DNA of 64,000 nt from Clostridiales bacterium (GCA_031289755.1 JAITOU010000030.1:428-64427), one strand, 5' to 3'; shown: positions 37,685-47,968, counted from the first letter of the stretch. The notes: generated by a model from the letters alone, not told the origin. Numbers and translations are program-made.

Positions 37685-37731
37685 ACACCGTGCAACTTGA
37701 AATTTTATCGGATTGCGCGGTGTTTTTTTTG
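37685..37731 (+). terminator. Intrinsic terminator
   Basis: ACACCGTGCAA...TTGCGCGGTGT stem followed by T8. Confidence 0.75.
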
Positions 37732-37788
37732 ACATTTTTTTGCCGAAAACTATTGAAATGTAAGCTGTTGTGTGATATAGTAAATATT

Positions 37789-38379
37789 ATGAAAAAGAAA
37801 TTACATTTAATCATTGAAACGAGCATAATTATATCGGCGTTTGCTATATTTGCGATTTTATGGGTCGATGCTTTTAAGGATATAGAACGGTTTTGGGATA
37901 TGTACATAGAAACGCGAGAGCCGATTTATTTGGAAACGGTTAGCAATATATATCGGCAGCTTTTCTTGGAATGTTTGATTTTGTATATATCAGCGTATGT
38001 CTTTGATTTTGTTTATAAAATATTCTTTAAATTCGAGCGTAAAAAGATAAAAGCGAATTTTATTTTTTTAGCTGGAATAAGCTTGATAGCGGCAGGTGAA
38101 ATAATATACTTCATATTATGGTCAAATGCCACTCTTATGTCACAAGATGACGCAATGTTAAAATACATTTCTATATCTGGTTTCGGTTGGTTTTATGTCT
38201 TGGTTTGTATACTGATATTAAATAGCATTGCATTGATAAACAATGCGACTATAAACAAAAAAACAACCAAAAAATTCTTTTGGTTGAACGATGTGCAAGA
38301 TGAACTTAATAACGAAGCTAAAAGCAAAAATAAAGATAAAAATGAAAACGAAGATAAAAACCAAATAAAATTGCTTTAA
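37789..38379 (+). CDS. Hypothetical polytopic membrane protein with a Lys/Asn/Asp-rich tail (AT-rich gene)
   Basis: Start at MKKKLHLII. The longer ORF from 37690 would run through the terminator hairpin. Confidence 0.55.
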   Translation: MKKKLHLIIETSIIISAFAIFAILWVDAFKDIERFWDMYIETREPIYLETVSNIYRQLFLECLILYISAYVFDFVYKIFFKFERKKIKANFIFLAGISLIAAGEIIYFILWSNATLMSQDDAMLKYISISGFGWFYVLVCILILNSIALINNATINKKTTKKFFWLNDVQDELNNEAKSKNKDKNENEDKNQIKLL

Positions 38380-38452
38380 GCCGTGTGTAATTACTTAACG
38401 GTCTTCCCCCGCAAAAAATTTCATTCATTTTAAAAAAACCGCGTTAAAATCC

Positions 38453-38515
38453 TTGACAAGGTTTTTTTTTGTGATATAATAAAAGTGCAAAGGTCAAAGA
38501 AAGTCAAAGTCAAAA
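38453..38515 (+). promoter_or_regulatory. Promoter plus CtsR operator
   Basis: TTGACA (38453-58), a 16-nt spacer, and TATAAT (38475-80). The sequence GGTCAAAGAAAGTCAAA (38492-508) matches the known CtsR box (A/G)GTCAAA-NAN-(A/G)GTCAAA. A third GTCAAAA follows. Confidence 0.85.
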
Positions 38516-38534
38516 TATTTTTGGAGCGGCTAAG

Positions 38535-38987
38535 ATGTCAAATATAAGCGACTCGATAGAAAAATTTATCCTGAACGTCATCGGCGAGAGCAGGGAAGCC
38601 ATTATAAACAGAAACGATTTGGCAAATCATTTTGACTGTGCGTCGAGCCAGATAAATTATGTCTTGAGTACTCGTTTTACTCTCGACAAGGGATATTCTA
38701 CCGAGAGCAGGCGCGGCGGCGGCGGTTACATCAGACTGTTCAGAATGAGCGGCGGCGATTCGTATTTTAAAAATATTTTGGACGACATAAAGCAGCACCC
38801 GGTTTCTAATAATAAATGTGTGGATATAATAGAAAGGCTGATGCTTGACGGCGTTATTTCTGTAAAGGAAAGCGCAATGCTCGTATCTATATTGAGCGAC
38901 AGAGCCTTAAAGAATGCCGAAAACAAGGACGAAGTAAGAAGCGGAATGTTGACCGAAATGCTGATTGACGTTTGGAAAAATATTTAG
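38535..38987 (+). CDS. ctsR: Class III stress-gene repressor CtsR
   Basis: MSNISDSIEKFILN...SSQINYVLSTRFT...STESRRGGGGYIRL is the typical CtsR sequence with its glycine loop. Confidence 0.9.
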   Translation: MSNISDSIEKFILNVIGESREAIINRNDLANHFDCASSQINYVLSTRFTLDKGYSTESRRGGGGYIRLFRMSGGDSYFKNILDDIKQHPVSNNKCVDIIERLMLDGVISVKESAMLVSILSDRALKNAENKDEVRSGMLTEMLIDVWKNI

Positions 38988-39043
38988 AGAAGAAATAATG
39001 TACCGTATATAGGTGACGGCTTAGACGAGCCGAAAAAGGAGAT

Positions 39044-41605
39044 ATGGATATGAAAAAATTTACGTCAAACTACAACCGCATAATGAAAATCGCCGAAGAA
39101 AAAGCCAAGATAACAGGCGGCGTTATAGGCACGGAGCATATCTTGTACGGACTGCTCAAACTCGAAGAGTGCGCCGCGTCGGAGATATTAAAAAAAGCCG
39201 GCATGACGCTTCCGTCCGTCGAAAGAGTTTTCCCGCAAGAGAACGAAGCGCAAAAAACTTTGAGCGTCGTTTATTCGCCGCGCGTCAAGAGAATGATAGA
39301 CAAGACAATCACAATGTTTGCCGATTCGGGGGATTTTATCGGTACGGAGCATTTGCTTTTTAACCTGCTCCAAGACACCGAAAGCGTCGCATTCAGAATA
39401 ATCAAAAATGCCAATATCGATACCGTTTCGCTGACCTACATGACCTTTCACTATATTCTGAATAATTCGGACGGAGATAATCCGATAGACGACGATATCG
39501 AATTTGACGATATCTTTCCGATTATGCAAAGCAAAACGCAGAGCGCAAAGAACGAAAACTTCACGTTTTTTTATACCAACGAAGAAAAGGTCAAGAGCGA
39601 TAAGCTTCCGGACATCAATAGCGTGGCAAAAAAATACGACAAGAGCGACAAGAACGACAGCGATTATGCGTCCTTAGGCGTCGATTTGACCGACAAGGCG
39701 CGCGACGGCAAGCTCGACCCGGTGATAGGGCGCACAAAGGAGATAGAGCGCGTCATACAGATATTGTCCAGACGGACAAAAAACAATCCCGTCCTGATAG
39801 GCGAGCCGGGCGTAGGCAAGTCGGCGATAGCCGAAGGGCTTGCCCAAATGATAGTCGCCGGTAATATTCCCGAAACGCTAAAAAACAAGAAGATATTTTC
39901 TTTGGACATATCGAGCGTGGTCGCCGGAACAAAATATCGCGGCGAATTTGAAGAGCGTCTAAAAAAAGCCGTCAACGCGCTCATGAAGAGCGGCAATACC
40001 ATCGTTTTTATCGACGAAATCCACACGATAGTCGGCGCGGGAGCGTCGGAAGGCTCGGTGGACGCCGCCAATATTCTCAAACCTATGCTTGCACGCGGAG
40101 AATTACAGACGATAGGCGCGACGACGATAAGCGAATACAGAAAGCATATCGAAAAGGATTCGGCTTTTGAACGCCGTTTCCAGCCGATAATGGTAGACCC
40201 GCCGAGCGTAGAGGACACCGTGACGATTTTGAAGGGGCTTAGAGATAAGTACGAAGCTCATCACAAGGTGCAGATAACCGACGAAGCCGTGACGGCTGCC
40301 GCCGTCATGTCCGACCGCTATATTACCGACAGATTTTTGCCCGACAAGGCGATAGATTTGATAGACGAGGCGGCGAGCCGTATGCGTATCAAAAGCTATT
40401 CAAAGCCCGAAGAATTAAAAAAGCTCGAAGACCGACTCGACGTCATCAACGCCACTTTAAGCTCCGCAGTCAAGAAGCAGGAATTTGAAAAGGCGGGAGA
40501 ATTGAAGGAAGAAAGACGCATTCTTGTCGTAGACATCAAGGCGCGCACCGACGTGTGGAGAGAAGCTCTTGCACAGGTAAAGCTTGCGATAGGCGAGAAC
40601 GAGATAGCCGATATAGTTTCGTCGTGGACTTCTATTCCGGTCAAAAAGCTTGTCGAAGACGAAGTGCAAAAGCTTTTGAGACTTGAAGAAATCATCAAAA
40701 AGAGAATCATAGGTCAGGACGAAGCCGTCGAATCGCTTGCGAGAGCCATAAGGCGCGCACGCGCCGGTATCAAAGACCCCAAGAGACCGATAGGCTCATT
40801 CATATTTTTAGGGCCGACCGGAGTAGGCAAGACCGAGCTGTCAAAGGCGGTCGCGGAAGCCATGTTCGGCGAGGAAAATTTGCTTATCAGAATAGATATG
40901 TCGGAATACATGGAAAAATTTAACGTCAGCAAGATAATCGGTTCCGCGCCGGGCTACATCGGCTACGACGAAGGCGGTCAGCTCACCGAAAAGATAAGGC
41001 GCAAGCCCTATTCGGTCATATTGTTTGACGAGATAGAAAAGGCGCATCCGGACGTCTTTAATATCCTGCTCCAAATCTTGGAGGACGGTCTGCTCACCGA
41101 TTCGCACGGCAGGACGGTCAGCTTTAAAAACACTATCATCATTATGACCTCAAACGTCGGTGCGAGCGAAATCAAAAACGCTTTGGGCTTTAATCTCGGC
41201 GGCGAGAGCGCGTACGAAGACATGAAGAACAAGCAAATGGACGCTCTCAAAACGACCTTTAAGCCGGAATTTATCAACCGCGTAGACGATATAATAATTT
41301 TTAGAAAGCTGACGAAGGACGACATCAAAAACATAGCCGCTATCATGATAGAGAGCATATCCAAACGGCTCAAAGACCGCAACATCGTCATATCCATAAC
41401 GGAGTGCGCGATTGACCACCTTGTCGAAAAGGGCTACGACACGGAATACGGCGCGAGAAATCTTAGGCGCACGATACAAAAGATGATAGAGGACAAGCTG
41501 TCGGAGGACATTCTCAACGGCAATTACAAATTCGGCGACAACGTGTTAATAGACTATAAGGACGACATTTTGAGCTTTAAAAAGACCGAACCGGCAAATG
41601 CCTGA
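39044..41605 (+). CDS. clpC: ATP-dependent Clp protease ATP-binding subunit ClpC
   Basis: Clp_N repeats and two AAA+ modules (GEPGVGKSAIAEGLA, GPTGVGKTELSKAVA). A UVR-like QEFEKAGELKEE linker. Confidence 0.9.
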   Translation: MDMKKFTSNYNRIMKIAEEKAKITGGVIGTEHILYGLLKLEECAASEILKKAGMTLPSVERVFPQENEAQKTLSVVYSPRVKRMIDKTITMFADSGDFIGTEHLLFNLLQDTESVAFRIIKNANIDTVSLTYMTFHYILNNSDGDNPIDDDIEFDDIFPIMQSKTQSAKNENFTFFYTNEEKVKSDKLPDINSVAKKYDKSDKNDSDYASLGVDLTDKARDGKLDPVIGRTKEIERVIQILSRRTKNNPVLIGEPGVGKSAIAEGLAQMIVAGNIPETLKNKKIFSLDISSVVAGTKYRGEFEERLKKAVNALMKSGNTIVFIDEIHTIVGAGASEGSVDAANILKPMLARGELQTIGATTISEYRKHIEKDSAFERRFQPIMVDPPSVEDTVTILKGLRDKYEAHHKVQITDEAVTAAAVMSDRYITDRFLPDKAIDLIDEAASRMRIKSYSKPEELKKLEDRLDVINATLSSAVKKQEFEKAGELKEERRILVVDIKARTDVWREALAQVKLAIGENEIADIVSSWTSIPVKKLVEDEVQKLLRLEEIIKKRIIGQDEAVESLARAIRRARAGIKDPKRPIGSFIFLGPTGVGKTELSKAVAEAMFGEENLLIRIDMSEYMEKFNVSKIIGSAPGYIGYDEGGQLTEKIRRKPYSVILFDEIEKAHPDVFNILLQILEDGLLTDSHGRTVSFKNTIIIMTSNVGASEIKNALGFNLGGESAYEDMKNKQMDALKTTFKPEFINRVDDIIIFRKLTKDDIKNIAAIMIESISKRLKDRNIVISITECAIDHLVEKGYDTEYGARNLRRTIQKMIEDKLSEDILNGNYKFGDNVLIDYKDDILSFKKTEPANA

Positions 41606-41619
41606 CGTATTTTTTTTGC

Positions 41620-41795
41620 ACAAGCCTTACGGCATACATATTGAGTTAAACAAGCGATTGTAAAATAACGGTATAGGGTGCGAATCCGGCATAAAACGAG
41701 ATAAACATACCTAATCCCGTAATCACGGTATAGCGTTTGCAGGGGCGACCCTATGCGGTCGCCCGTTCATTATAAAATAAAAAAACGGAGGAAAA
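41620..41795 (+). ncRNA. Structured 5' region upstream of hpf (possible raiA-motif RNA; unverified)
   Basis: Roughly 190-nt untranslated region with a GC-rich hairpin GGGCGACC-CTATGC-GGTCGCCC (41743-64) and a CCGT/ACGG hairpin. Its position upstream of hpf/raiA fits the described raiA motif context, but I cannot verify the consensus from memory. Confidence 0.3.
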
Positions 41796-41798
41796 AAC

Positions 41799-42323
41799 TT
41801 GAGTACCGAAATTATTTGCAAAAATTACATAGCCGGCGAAAAGCTGAGAGAAATCATCACAAAAAAAGTCGAGAAGCTCGGCAAGTATTTTGACGAAGGC
41901 TTTAACGCAAAGATAAACCTGAGCGAAAACGCCTCCAAAAAATTTACTATGGAAATAACGCTAAAAGCCGGTAATTCCTTTATCAGAGCGGAGACGACGG
42001 GCGGCAGCCAATACGACAATATCGACGTCATCATGCCAAAAATAGAAAAGCAGATTGTCAAATTTCGCGGCAAGCGCGAACCTAAGACCGGCAAAACTGA
42101 ATTTCTTTTCCTTAGCGGCTATGACTTCGAGACGGCGGGCTTGCCTAAGATAACCAAGAAAAAAGCCGTTGAACTCGAACCTATGACGCCGGACGAGGCG
42201 ATAGAGAGAATAGAGCTTATAGGTCATGATTTCTTTGCTTTTTTGCATTCCGAAACGGAACGCATCAATATCCTGTACAAGAGAAAGGACGGAGATTACG
42301 GTCTGATTGATTTGAAAGCGTAA
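41799..42323 (+). CDS. hpf: Ribosome hibernation-promoting factor (long HPF / RaiA family)
   Basis: TTG start behind GGAGG. Sigma-54-modulation/S30EA N-domain and a C-terminal dimerisation domain (MTPDEAIERIELIGHDFFAF). Confidence 0.85.
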   Translation: MSTEIICKNYIAGEKLREIITKKVEKLGKYFDEGFNAKINLSENASKKFTMEITLKAGNSFIRAETTGGSQYDNIDVIMPKIEKQIVKFRGKREPKTGKTEFLFLSGYDFETAGLPKITKKKAVELEPMTPDEAIERIELIGHDFFAFLHSETERINILYKRKDGDYGLIDLKA

Positions 42324-42360
42324 ACGCCGCTTTGAGTCCGTAACGAATATTTTTGTGTTA

Positions 42361-42390
42361 AACCGCAGACTTTGTCTGCGGTTTTTTTTT
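42361..42390 (+). terminator. Intrinsic terminator after hpf
   Basis: CCGCAGAC-TTT-GTCTGCGG followed by T9. Confidence 0.9.
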
Positions 42391-42580
42391 GTTTGGCGCA
42401 ACGGCTTGACGTATCTTTTACTTTGCATTGCACAACATAATATGTAGTAAACTGACGGATTTACAAATTCTATTGTCGTGTTATTATTCCTTGTATACTG
42501 TACAATATTATATGTACCGATTAATACTTTTTTACAAAGTTAAATGTGTCAGTTTTATTTTGCGTGTACGGAGATTAGAG

Positions 42581-42892
42581 ATGTTTGAAGAATTTTTGGC
42601 TCGGCGTTTATCGGAATTGCGGTTGGCAAAGGGCGTTTCTGCACGCAAAATGAGCAAGGCTTTGGGGCAAAACCCAAACCACATCAACCGTATCGAGAAC
42701 AGAACGGCTATGCCGTCCATGTATTCCTTCTTTTATATTTGCGACTATCTCGGAGTATCTCCGAAAGAATTTTTTGATACCGAAACGGATAATCCCACGC
42801 TTGTAAACGAATTTGTCACCGTCCTAAAACAATTAGACGAAGCAAGTATCAAAAATCTGCTTGCCGTCGCCCAAAATATGATAAATAAATAG
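42581..42892 (+). CDS. XRE-family HTH transcriptional regulator (103 aa)
   Basis: Start at MFEEFLARRLSELRLAKGVSARKMSKALGQNPNHINRIENR. The upstream ORF extension lacks coding character. Confidence 0.8.
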   Translation: MFEEFLARRLSELRLAKGVSARKMSKALGQNPNHINRIENRTAMPSMYSFFYICDYLGVSPKEFFDTETDNPTLVNEFVTVLKQLDEASIKNLLAVAQNMINK

Positions 42893-42954
42893 TCATAAGC
42901 TTCGCTCGCGTAACAAAATAAGCCGTATCAAAATCGCATTTATGCAAGTAAAAA

Positions 42955-44241
42955 GTGAGCATATATATAATGAAAACAAGGCTAAAAAATTTGTCTTTAA
43001 AGGCAATCAATTCGGAATTTGCCGCACTCGGTTCGCTTATCGCGGCGTTGCTGTACAATATTTGGCTGCTGTTGATAGAAGACCCGTTTATCTTTGGCAT
43101 AACTCATTTTGTACGCAACGACGAATACGTCAATCATCATATGCTGCTCATATGGGCTTTACTCATCGGGCTTGCGGTCTTTTTGAATATGAACCGTATG
43201 TACAAGAGAACCGATATCAACGTGTTTTTTATGAAGCTTTCAAAGGCTTTGCTCGGATTGGGGCTGATATGCCTTGTCGTCACGTCGGTTTTTATTGTCA
43301 AATCGCTTGACGACCTTCATGCGGCGACGGCAATATTATTCGGAATATTTACCTTTGCGTCGGTCACTGCCGCCGTAGTCGGCAAAGCTCTCAAAAATCC
43401 GCGCTATATATTTTCGCTTATCGTATACGTCTTTCTTGTCTATAATAACATTATCATTCTCCTGTCGCTCGGTCAGATGGCGATATGGGAAGCGCTGCCT
43501 ATATTAGAGTCCTTAGTTATGCTTTTTATATGGAATTTCACGGATTTTTTTGGACGGAAGGATAAGACGTCGGACGGACCGTCGCTCAAAAGGATTTTGT
43601 CGGGCGGAGTAGTCGGTATAATCCTGCTGACGGGAGCCGTGATAATAGAATACGTCTGTTCCTTTAACAGCGTAGGTTTTTTTGACGCCGCAGTCAATCT
43701 CGGCAGGATAGGCAAGTACGGCACTTGGGATTTTGAACTTATCCGCCGAGCGGTGACGGGCGCGGCTGTGATATACAATATTTACAGGCTCTATGTAAGA
43801 GCAAGGCTCAACGACAAGCTGGTATTAAGGGTTGTAACGGACGTCTTGCTTTTGGCAAGCACGGCGGTATTGGCGGCGGCGTGCTACTATGCTTACCGCA
43901 TAATGAACGGCTTGCCCGACGGCGGATATACGCTCTTGTCCGAGGTCTTCGACGCGGCGGCATACGTCTTATTCTTTGCCGGAATAATCAAGCTTGCCCT
44001 AAAAAATACCGGTTATGCCGCAGTTTGTTTTGCGTATCTGATAACCGCCGTACTGTATATAATAAATATCGTCGTTATAAAGGACTTTTCGCTTTTGGAA
44101 AATATTCCGATTCTTTCGATGATAATCTTTATGTTCTTTACAAACTATACGGATTTTTTTAAAAACCGCAACGCCGCAGACACTCTTGAATTTCACAAAG
44201 AAAAATCCTTATCGCCCCAAATAACTGCCGCAAGCCGATAA
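42955..44241 (+). CDS. Hypothetical polytopic membrane protein with an internal two-fold duplication
   Basis: About 12 TM helices. The two halves end in related segments, ALPILESLVMLFIWNFTDFFG and NIPILSMIIFMFFTNYTDFFK. Confidence 0.65.
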   Translation: MSIYIMKTRLKNLSLKAINSEFAALGSLIAALLYNIWLLLIEDPFIFGITHFVRNDEYVNHHMLLIWALLIGLAVFLNMNRMYKRTDINVFFMKLSKALLGLGLICLVVTSVFIVKSLDDLHAATAILFGIFTFASVTAAVVGKALKNPRYIFSLIVYVFLVYNNIIILLSLGQMAIWEALPILESLVMLFIWNFTDFFGRKDKTSDGPSLKRILSGGVVGIILLTGAVIIEYVCSFNSVGFFDAAVNLGRIGKYGTWDFELIRRAVTGAAVIYNIYRLYVRARLNDKLVLRVVTDVLLLASTAVLAAACYYAYRIMNGLPDGGYTLLSEVFDAAAYVLFFAGIIKLALKNTGYAAVCFAYLITAVLYIINIVVIKDFSLLENIPILSMIIFMFFTNYTDFFKNRNAADTLEFHKEKSLSPQITAASR

Positions 44242-44275
44242 ACGTGCTATTTTAAAGCAAAAGGGAAATGAACGA

Positions 44276-45832
44276 ATGACAGAAAAAAAGAATCTTATAC
44301 TGCGGATAGGAACGTTCGCCGCACCGATAATCGTCGCCGTAATTTTATCGGTAATGTTTTTGCCGATAGGGTCGTGGTTCAAAGCCGCAACGCCGAAATT
44401 CGGAGAGAATATCGCAAAGTCGGCGGCTGTTGACGCAGGCTCGGACGGCGTGAAGTACAAGGCGGGCAAAAATTTATTTACGGGTGCGCCCTATCTCAGC
44501 TTTGCGGCGACGGACGGCTCGGTCTATATCGAATTGGATTTTGCCGCCGAAAGGTCTTTTGATACCATTGTATTGAGCGAACCTACCGATAACGTAGGTC
44601 TGTTTAGGATATACAAGACGGAAGGGAATGCGGAAGTCCTGATATACGAGTCGGACAAGATAGGCAAATATTGTCTGTGCTATATAGAATATTCGCTTTC
44701 GTCCAAAATCAGGATAGAAATCACCGAAAGCAACGGCGCGGTCAACTTGAAATCCGTTGAGATATATACCGCAGCAAGACGGATTGACTCGCCGTCACCT
44801 TTGCGCGTCGTGCAATATCTCGATTTTTCAAAAACCGACATAACCGTTCTCGAAGGTCTGCCGACGAATGATTTTTCGGGATATTACGACGTAGTGACGG
44901 ACGTTGTGATAACGGGAGCGGTAGCCCTTTATTATGCCGCACCGCAGAAAGGCGAAAAGAATTGGTTCAATACCTGTACGCTGACCTTTTACGGCGAAGC
45001 CGGAGGTTCTCCCGGCTCGCAGCGTGATACGGCAAAGGGCAATTCGGCAAGTGAAATGCGCTTCGAGGCTAATCTCGACGCCCTCAAACGCATTATCGGG
45101 GATAGAAACGTCAGGATATGGGTGAGAACGGATATCAAGCAAAAGGATTTTGACGGAATAGACAGCAATAAGTACACGGCGGAATTTATACACAGAACTC
45201 GGTCGGACGTCGATGTCAAATTGACGTATCTTGTCGCTTATTACGGCGTATACGGAATGAATTTTTATTGGGATACGCCGGAGAATGCCTATCAATGGGG
45301 AGCGTACGGCAGATTTGTAAAGGAATGCTCTAATCAGGTAAAGGTCTTCGTTACAGTTTCGGCTTGCAATATGAAGCTAAATAAGAAAGCTATCCAAAAA
45401 GCAGAAATGATAGATATTATCGGCTACGACACCACCGACAAAAACGGCTATACGGGAACGGCTTACGAGAGCGGAGCAAAGGCGATAAGAAACGCCGTGA
45501 AGTCGCTCGGCATTCCCAAAGAAAAGATGATTTTGAGTATTTCTTCGACGGGAACGGCGACGGACGGCAGCGGAACTACGGTCGATTACGGGAGTGCCGC
45601 GCTCGGCAAATGGTCAAATCTTCTCTATGATTACCAATACGCCGACGGCGACGGCAATATCTTAAAGTCGTCGGTATATTTTAGCGGCTATGCCGTCACG
45701 AGAGACAAAACGCTTTTGGCGATAGATACCGGTCTTTGCGGCGTGTCGTTGTCCGACGCTCTCGCCGACGCGCCTTATAGCTACGAATATTCGCTGCATA
45801 GGGCGATAGGGGAAGTGAAAAATTACCGTTAA
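44276..45832 (+). CDS. Hypothetical anchored/secreted protein (galactose-binding-like domain plus a possible GH18-like barrel)
   Basis: N-terminal TM helix. A discoidin-like segment (SVYIELDFAAERSFDTIVL...LKSVEIY). YGMNFYWDTPE weakly resembles a degenerate GH18 DxxDxDxE strand. Confidence 0.6.
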   Translation: MTEKKNLILRIGTFAAPIIVAVILSVMFLPIGSWFKAATPKFGENIAKSAAVDAGSDGVKYKAGKNLFTGAPYLSFAATDGSVYIELDFAAERSFDTIVLSEPTDNVGLFRIYKTEGNAEVLIYESDKIGKYCLCYIEYSLSSKIRIEITESNGAVNLKSVEIYTAARRIDSPSPLRVVQYLDFSKTDITVLEGLPTNDFSGYYDVVTDVVITGAVALYYAAPQKGEKNWFNTCTLTFYGEAGGSPGSQRDTAKGNSASEMRFEANLDALKRIIGDRNVRIWVRTDIKQKDFDGIDSNKYTAEFIHRTRSDVDVKLTYLVAYYGVYGMNFYWDTPENAYQWGAYGRFVKECSNQVKVFVTVSACNMKLNKKAIQKAEMIDIIGYDTTDKNGYTGTAYESGAKAIRNAVKSLGIPKEKMILSISSTGTATDGSGTTVDYGSAALGKWSNLLYDYQYADGDGNILKSSVYFSGYAVTRDKTLLAIDTGLCGVSLSDALADAPYSYEYSLHRAIGEVKNYR

Positions 45833-45885
45833 ATAGCGGACTGCCGCCAAGCGGTACGCCGCGTAAAACTTTCTGCATTCCAAAA

Positions 45886-45935
45886 CAAAACGCGCTCTTG
45901 TGACACGGCAATGTCATAAGGGCGCGTTTTTTATT
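45886..45935 (+). terminator. Intrinsic terminator
   Basis: AACGCGCTCTTGTGACA...TGTCATAAGGGCGCGTT hairpin followed by TTTTTTA. Confidence 0.7.
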
Positions 45936-46029
45936 TCGGATAGATATATCCGCCGGATTTGTTCCGCAACCCAAAAACGATTGACGGTGCAGGGGCGGAT
46001 TATATATCCGGTCTTAGCGCGGCAGGCTT

Positions 46030-47766
46030 TTACCGACAAGTAATTCCTTCCGAAACCGCTCCGTTTTTGAGATTGAATTGCAAGACCTGTTTCTCTCCGT
46101 TTTCGGTGTAGCTTACCGTGTAGATATTGCTTTTGAAGGTCACGTCTTGTATCGTGATGTCCGTATCGGAAAGCATATATTTTAGGCAAGCCTTTTGCTC
46201 GTCGCCGTAACGGCTAAGGTCGTCGGAGGTAAAGAGTACGCCGCCTGTCAGCTTGATGAGCTTGGCGAGAAGCTTGCGTTTAGAGAATGAGAGCCGGATA
46301 TTGTAGTCGCGGAGCAAAAAGACGTCGGGGTCGTTTAAGAAGACGCGCTTATTGAGATGACGTCTGTTGATACCGTTGTGTATAGCGTTGCGTGTGTTGA
46401 CGTCCTCTCTGTCCGTCACCATGCCGTACAGAGCCTGACTCCAACTCAGACCCATGTCCGCGCCTATGCGCATATATTCGACTTGATTGACGCAGGGGAG
46501 CATAGGAACGCCGCAGCCGAGAATTTTTTTGCCGCCGACGCAGGAGCGGATAAATTCCATAGCGTCGTACATACATTCGGCGCGTGTCTTGTTTTCGACG
46601 GGTACTGCGCCTGCCGCGTAGAGAAAGTCGAGCTTTACAAGGTCGTAGCCCCATTGATTTAAAACGACGTCAAAGACGCCTTTTATGTGCGCACGCGCTT
46701 CCTTATTATAAGGGTTTATTCCGCAAAAACCGCCCCAATTGTGACCGATGACACGGTTTGAGCCGTCAGGATTTTTGATGAACCAATCGGGATGTTCTTT
46801 TAGAACCTTTGAATTTAACTGGGCGGCAAAGGGGGCGAGCCATATTCCGGCGTTTAAGCCCTTTTTGTGAACGGCGTCGGCGATGACCTTCATTCCGTTA
46901 GGGAATTTTTTTGGGTCGATACTCAGCCAATCGCCGACGGCGGTCTGATATCCGTCGTCTATCTGAAAGGTGTTTATTTCGGGTGCGGCGGCGGCGATAG
47001 CGTCTAAGTCGCGCAGGATTATTTCTTCTTTGATATTTGAATAATAATTGTACCACGAAGTGTAGCCTTTTAGATAGTCGCCCGTTCTCGGCTTCGCGCC
47101 GATTTTGCCGAAGTAGGCGTCAAAAACGCCGTCGTAGCTTCCGTTAGCCGTAAAGAGCGAAAAGACGTGGTAGCTTCCGTCTATTACTATTCCTTCCAAA
47201 TCCTTTTCGACGGTCAGCGTTCCGACGTTCATGTCGGCATAGATGACGGTGTAGCCCGTGCGCTCGTTGAGAGAGCCTACGAGCGTGTAATCGCCGCCGT
47301 TCCTTATATATGTATATGAGATACTGTGAAAATACCCCGTGCGCTTCGTGTCGTATTTTGCAAAGCCGTAGTCGCCGGCGTGGACATAAATCGGACCGAT
47401 AGGGGTAGGGGCTTGGCGTTTCAGCAGGCTTGCTCCGCCCATTCCCATGAGTCTTTGCCAGAATTGAAATTTGCTCATATCCTTGCCGACGATGCCGATG
47501 TCGCGCATTTTGTCGGAAACGGAATATTCCTTTGTGTCCGTCCACGACTGAAAGCCGTTGCCGAAGAACAAGGCGTTTTCTTTGAAATCATATTTTTCGG
47601 TGAGAGAAATTTCTTTTACCGTTATAGGTGTCTTTGTGTCGATACGCAGGTCAAAGACGCCGTTTTTAAATTCTTGCTTAACGGTCAGGTCGTCGGTTGA
47701 CGTTGCGGCGGTTTTTTCGACGCCGCCGGCGAGATATTTGATAGACAAAATAGGGTTTTCAAACAT
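46030..47766 (-). CDS. Alpha-galactosidase-like glycoside hydrolase (clan GH-D, GH36-like)
   Basis: FQIDDGYQTAVGDW, GIWLAPF, LVKLDFLYAA and FLNDPDVF match melibiase-type motifs. Confidence 0.75.
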   Translation of the reverse strand: MFENPILSIKYLAGGVEKTAATSTDDLTVKQEFKNGVFDLRIDTKTPITVKEISLTEKYDFKENALFFGNGFQSWTDTKEYSVSDKMRDIGIVGKDMSKFQFWQRLMGMGGASLLKRQAPTPIGPIYVHAGDYGFAKYDTKRTGYFHSISYTYIRNGGDYTLVGSLNERTGYTVIYADMNVGTLTVEKDLEGIVIDGSYHVFSLFTANGSYDGVFDAYFGKIGAKPRTGDYLKGYTSWYNYYSNIKEEIILRDLDAIAAAAPEINTFQIDDGYQTAVGDWLSIDPKKFPNGMKVIADAVHKKGLNAGIWLAPFAAQLNSKVLKEHPDWFIKNPDGSNRVIGHNWGGFCGINPYNKEARAHIKGVFDVVLNQWGYDLVKLDFLYAAGAVPVENKTRAECMYDAMEFIRSCVGGKKILGCGVPMLPCVNQVEYMRIGADMGLSWSQALYGMVTDREDVNTRNAIHNGINRRHLNKRVFLNDPDVFLLRDYNIRLSFSKRKLLAKLIKLTGGVLFTSDDLSRYGDEQKACLKYMLSDTDITIQDVTFKSNIYTVSYTENGEKQVLQFNLKNGAVSEGITCR

Positions 47767-47939
47767 TAAAAAAAGCTCCTTAGCAGATAATTATACATTG
47801 TTTAAAATTAATTATACATTATTTTAACATATCTTTGTAGGTGAAGTCAAATGCAATTTTTGTCGCTTTATTTTTTGCCGCAATTTTGGGAATGAGGACG
47901 GCATAATCGGACAATTTTAAAAAAACTTTTCAAAAACCC

Positions 47940-47968
47940 TTGACAAATGATACTATGTATTGTATAGT
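47940..47968 (+). promoter_or_regulatory. Promoter of the PadR operon
   Basis: TTGACA (47940-45), a 17-nt spacer, and TATAGT (47963-68). Confidence 0.6.
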
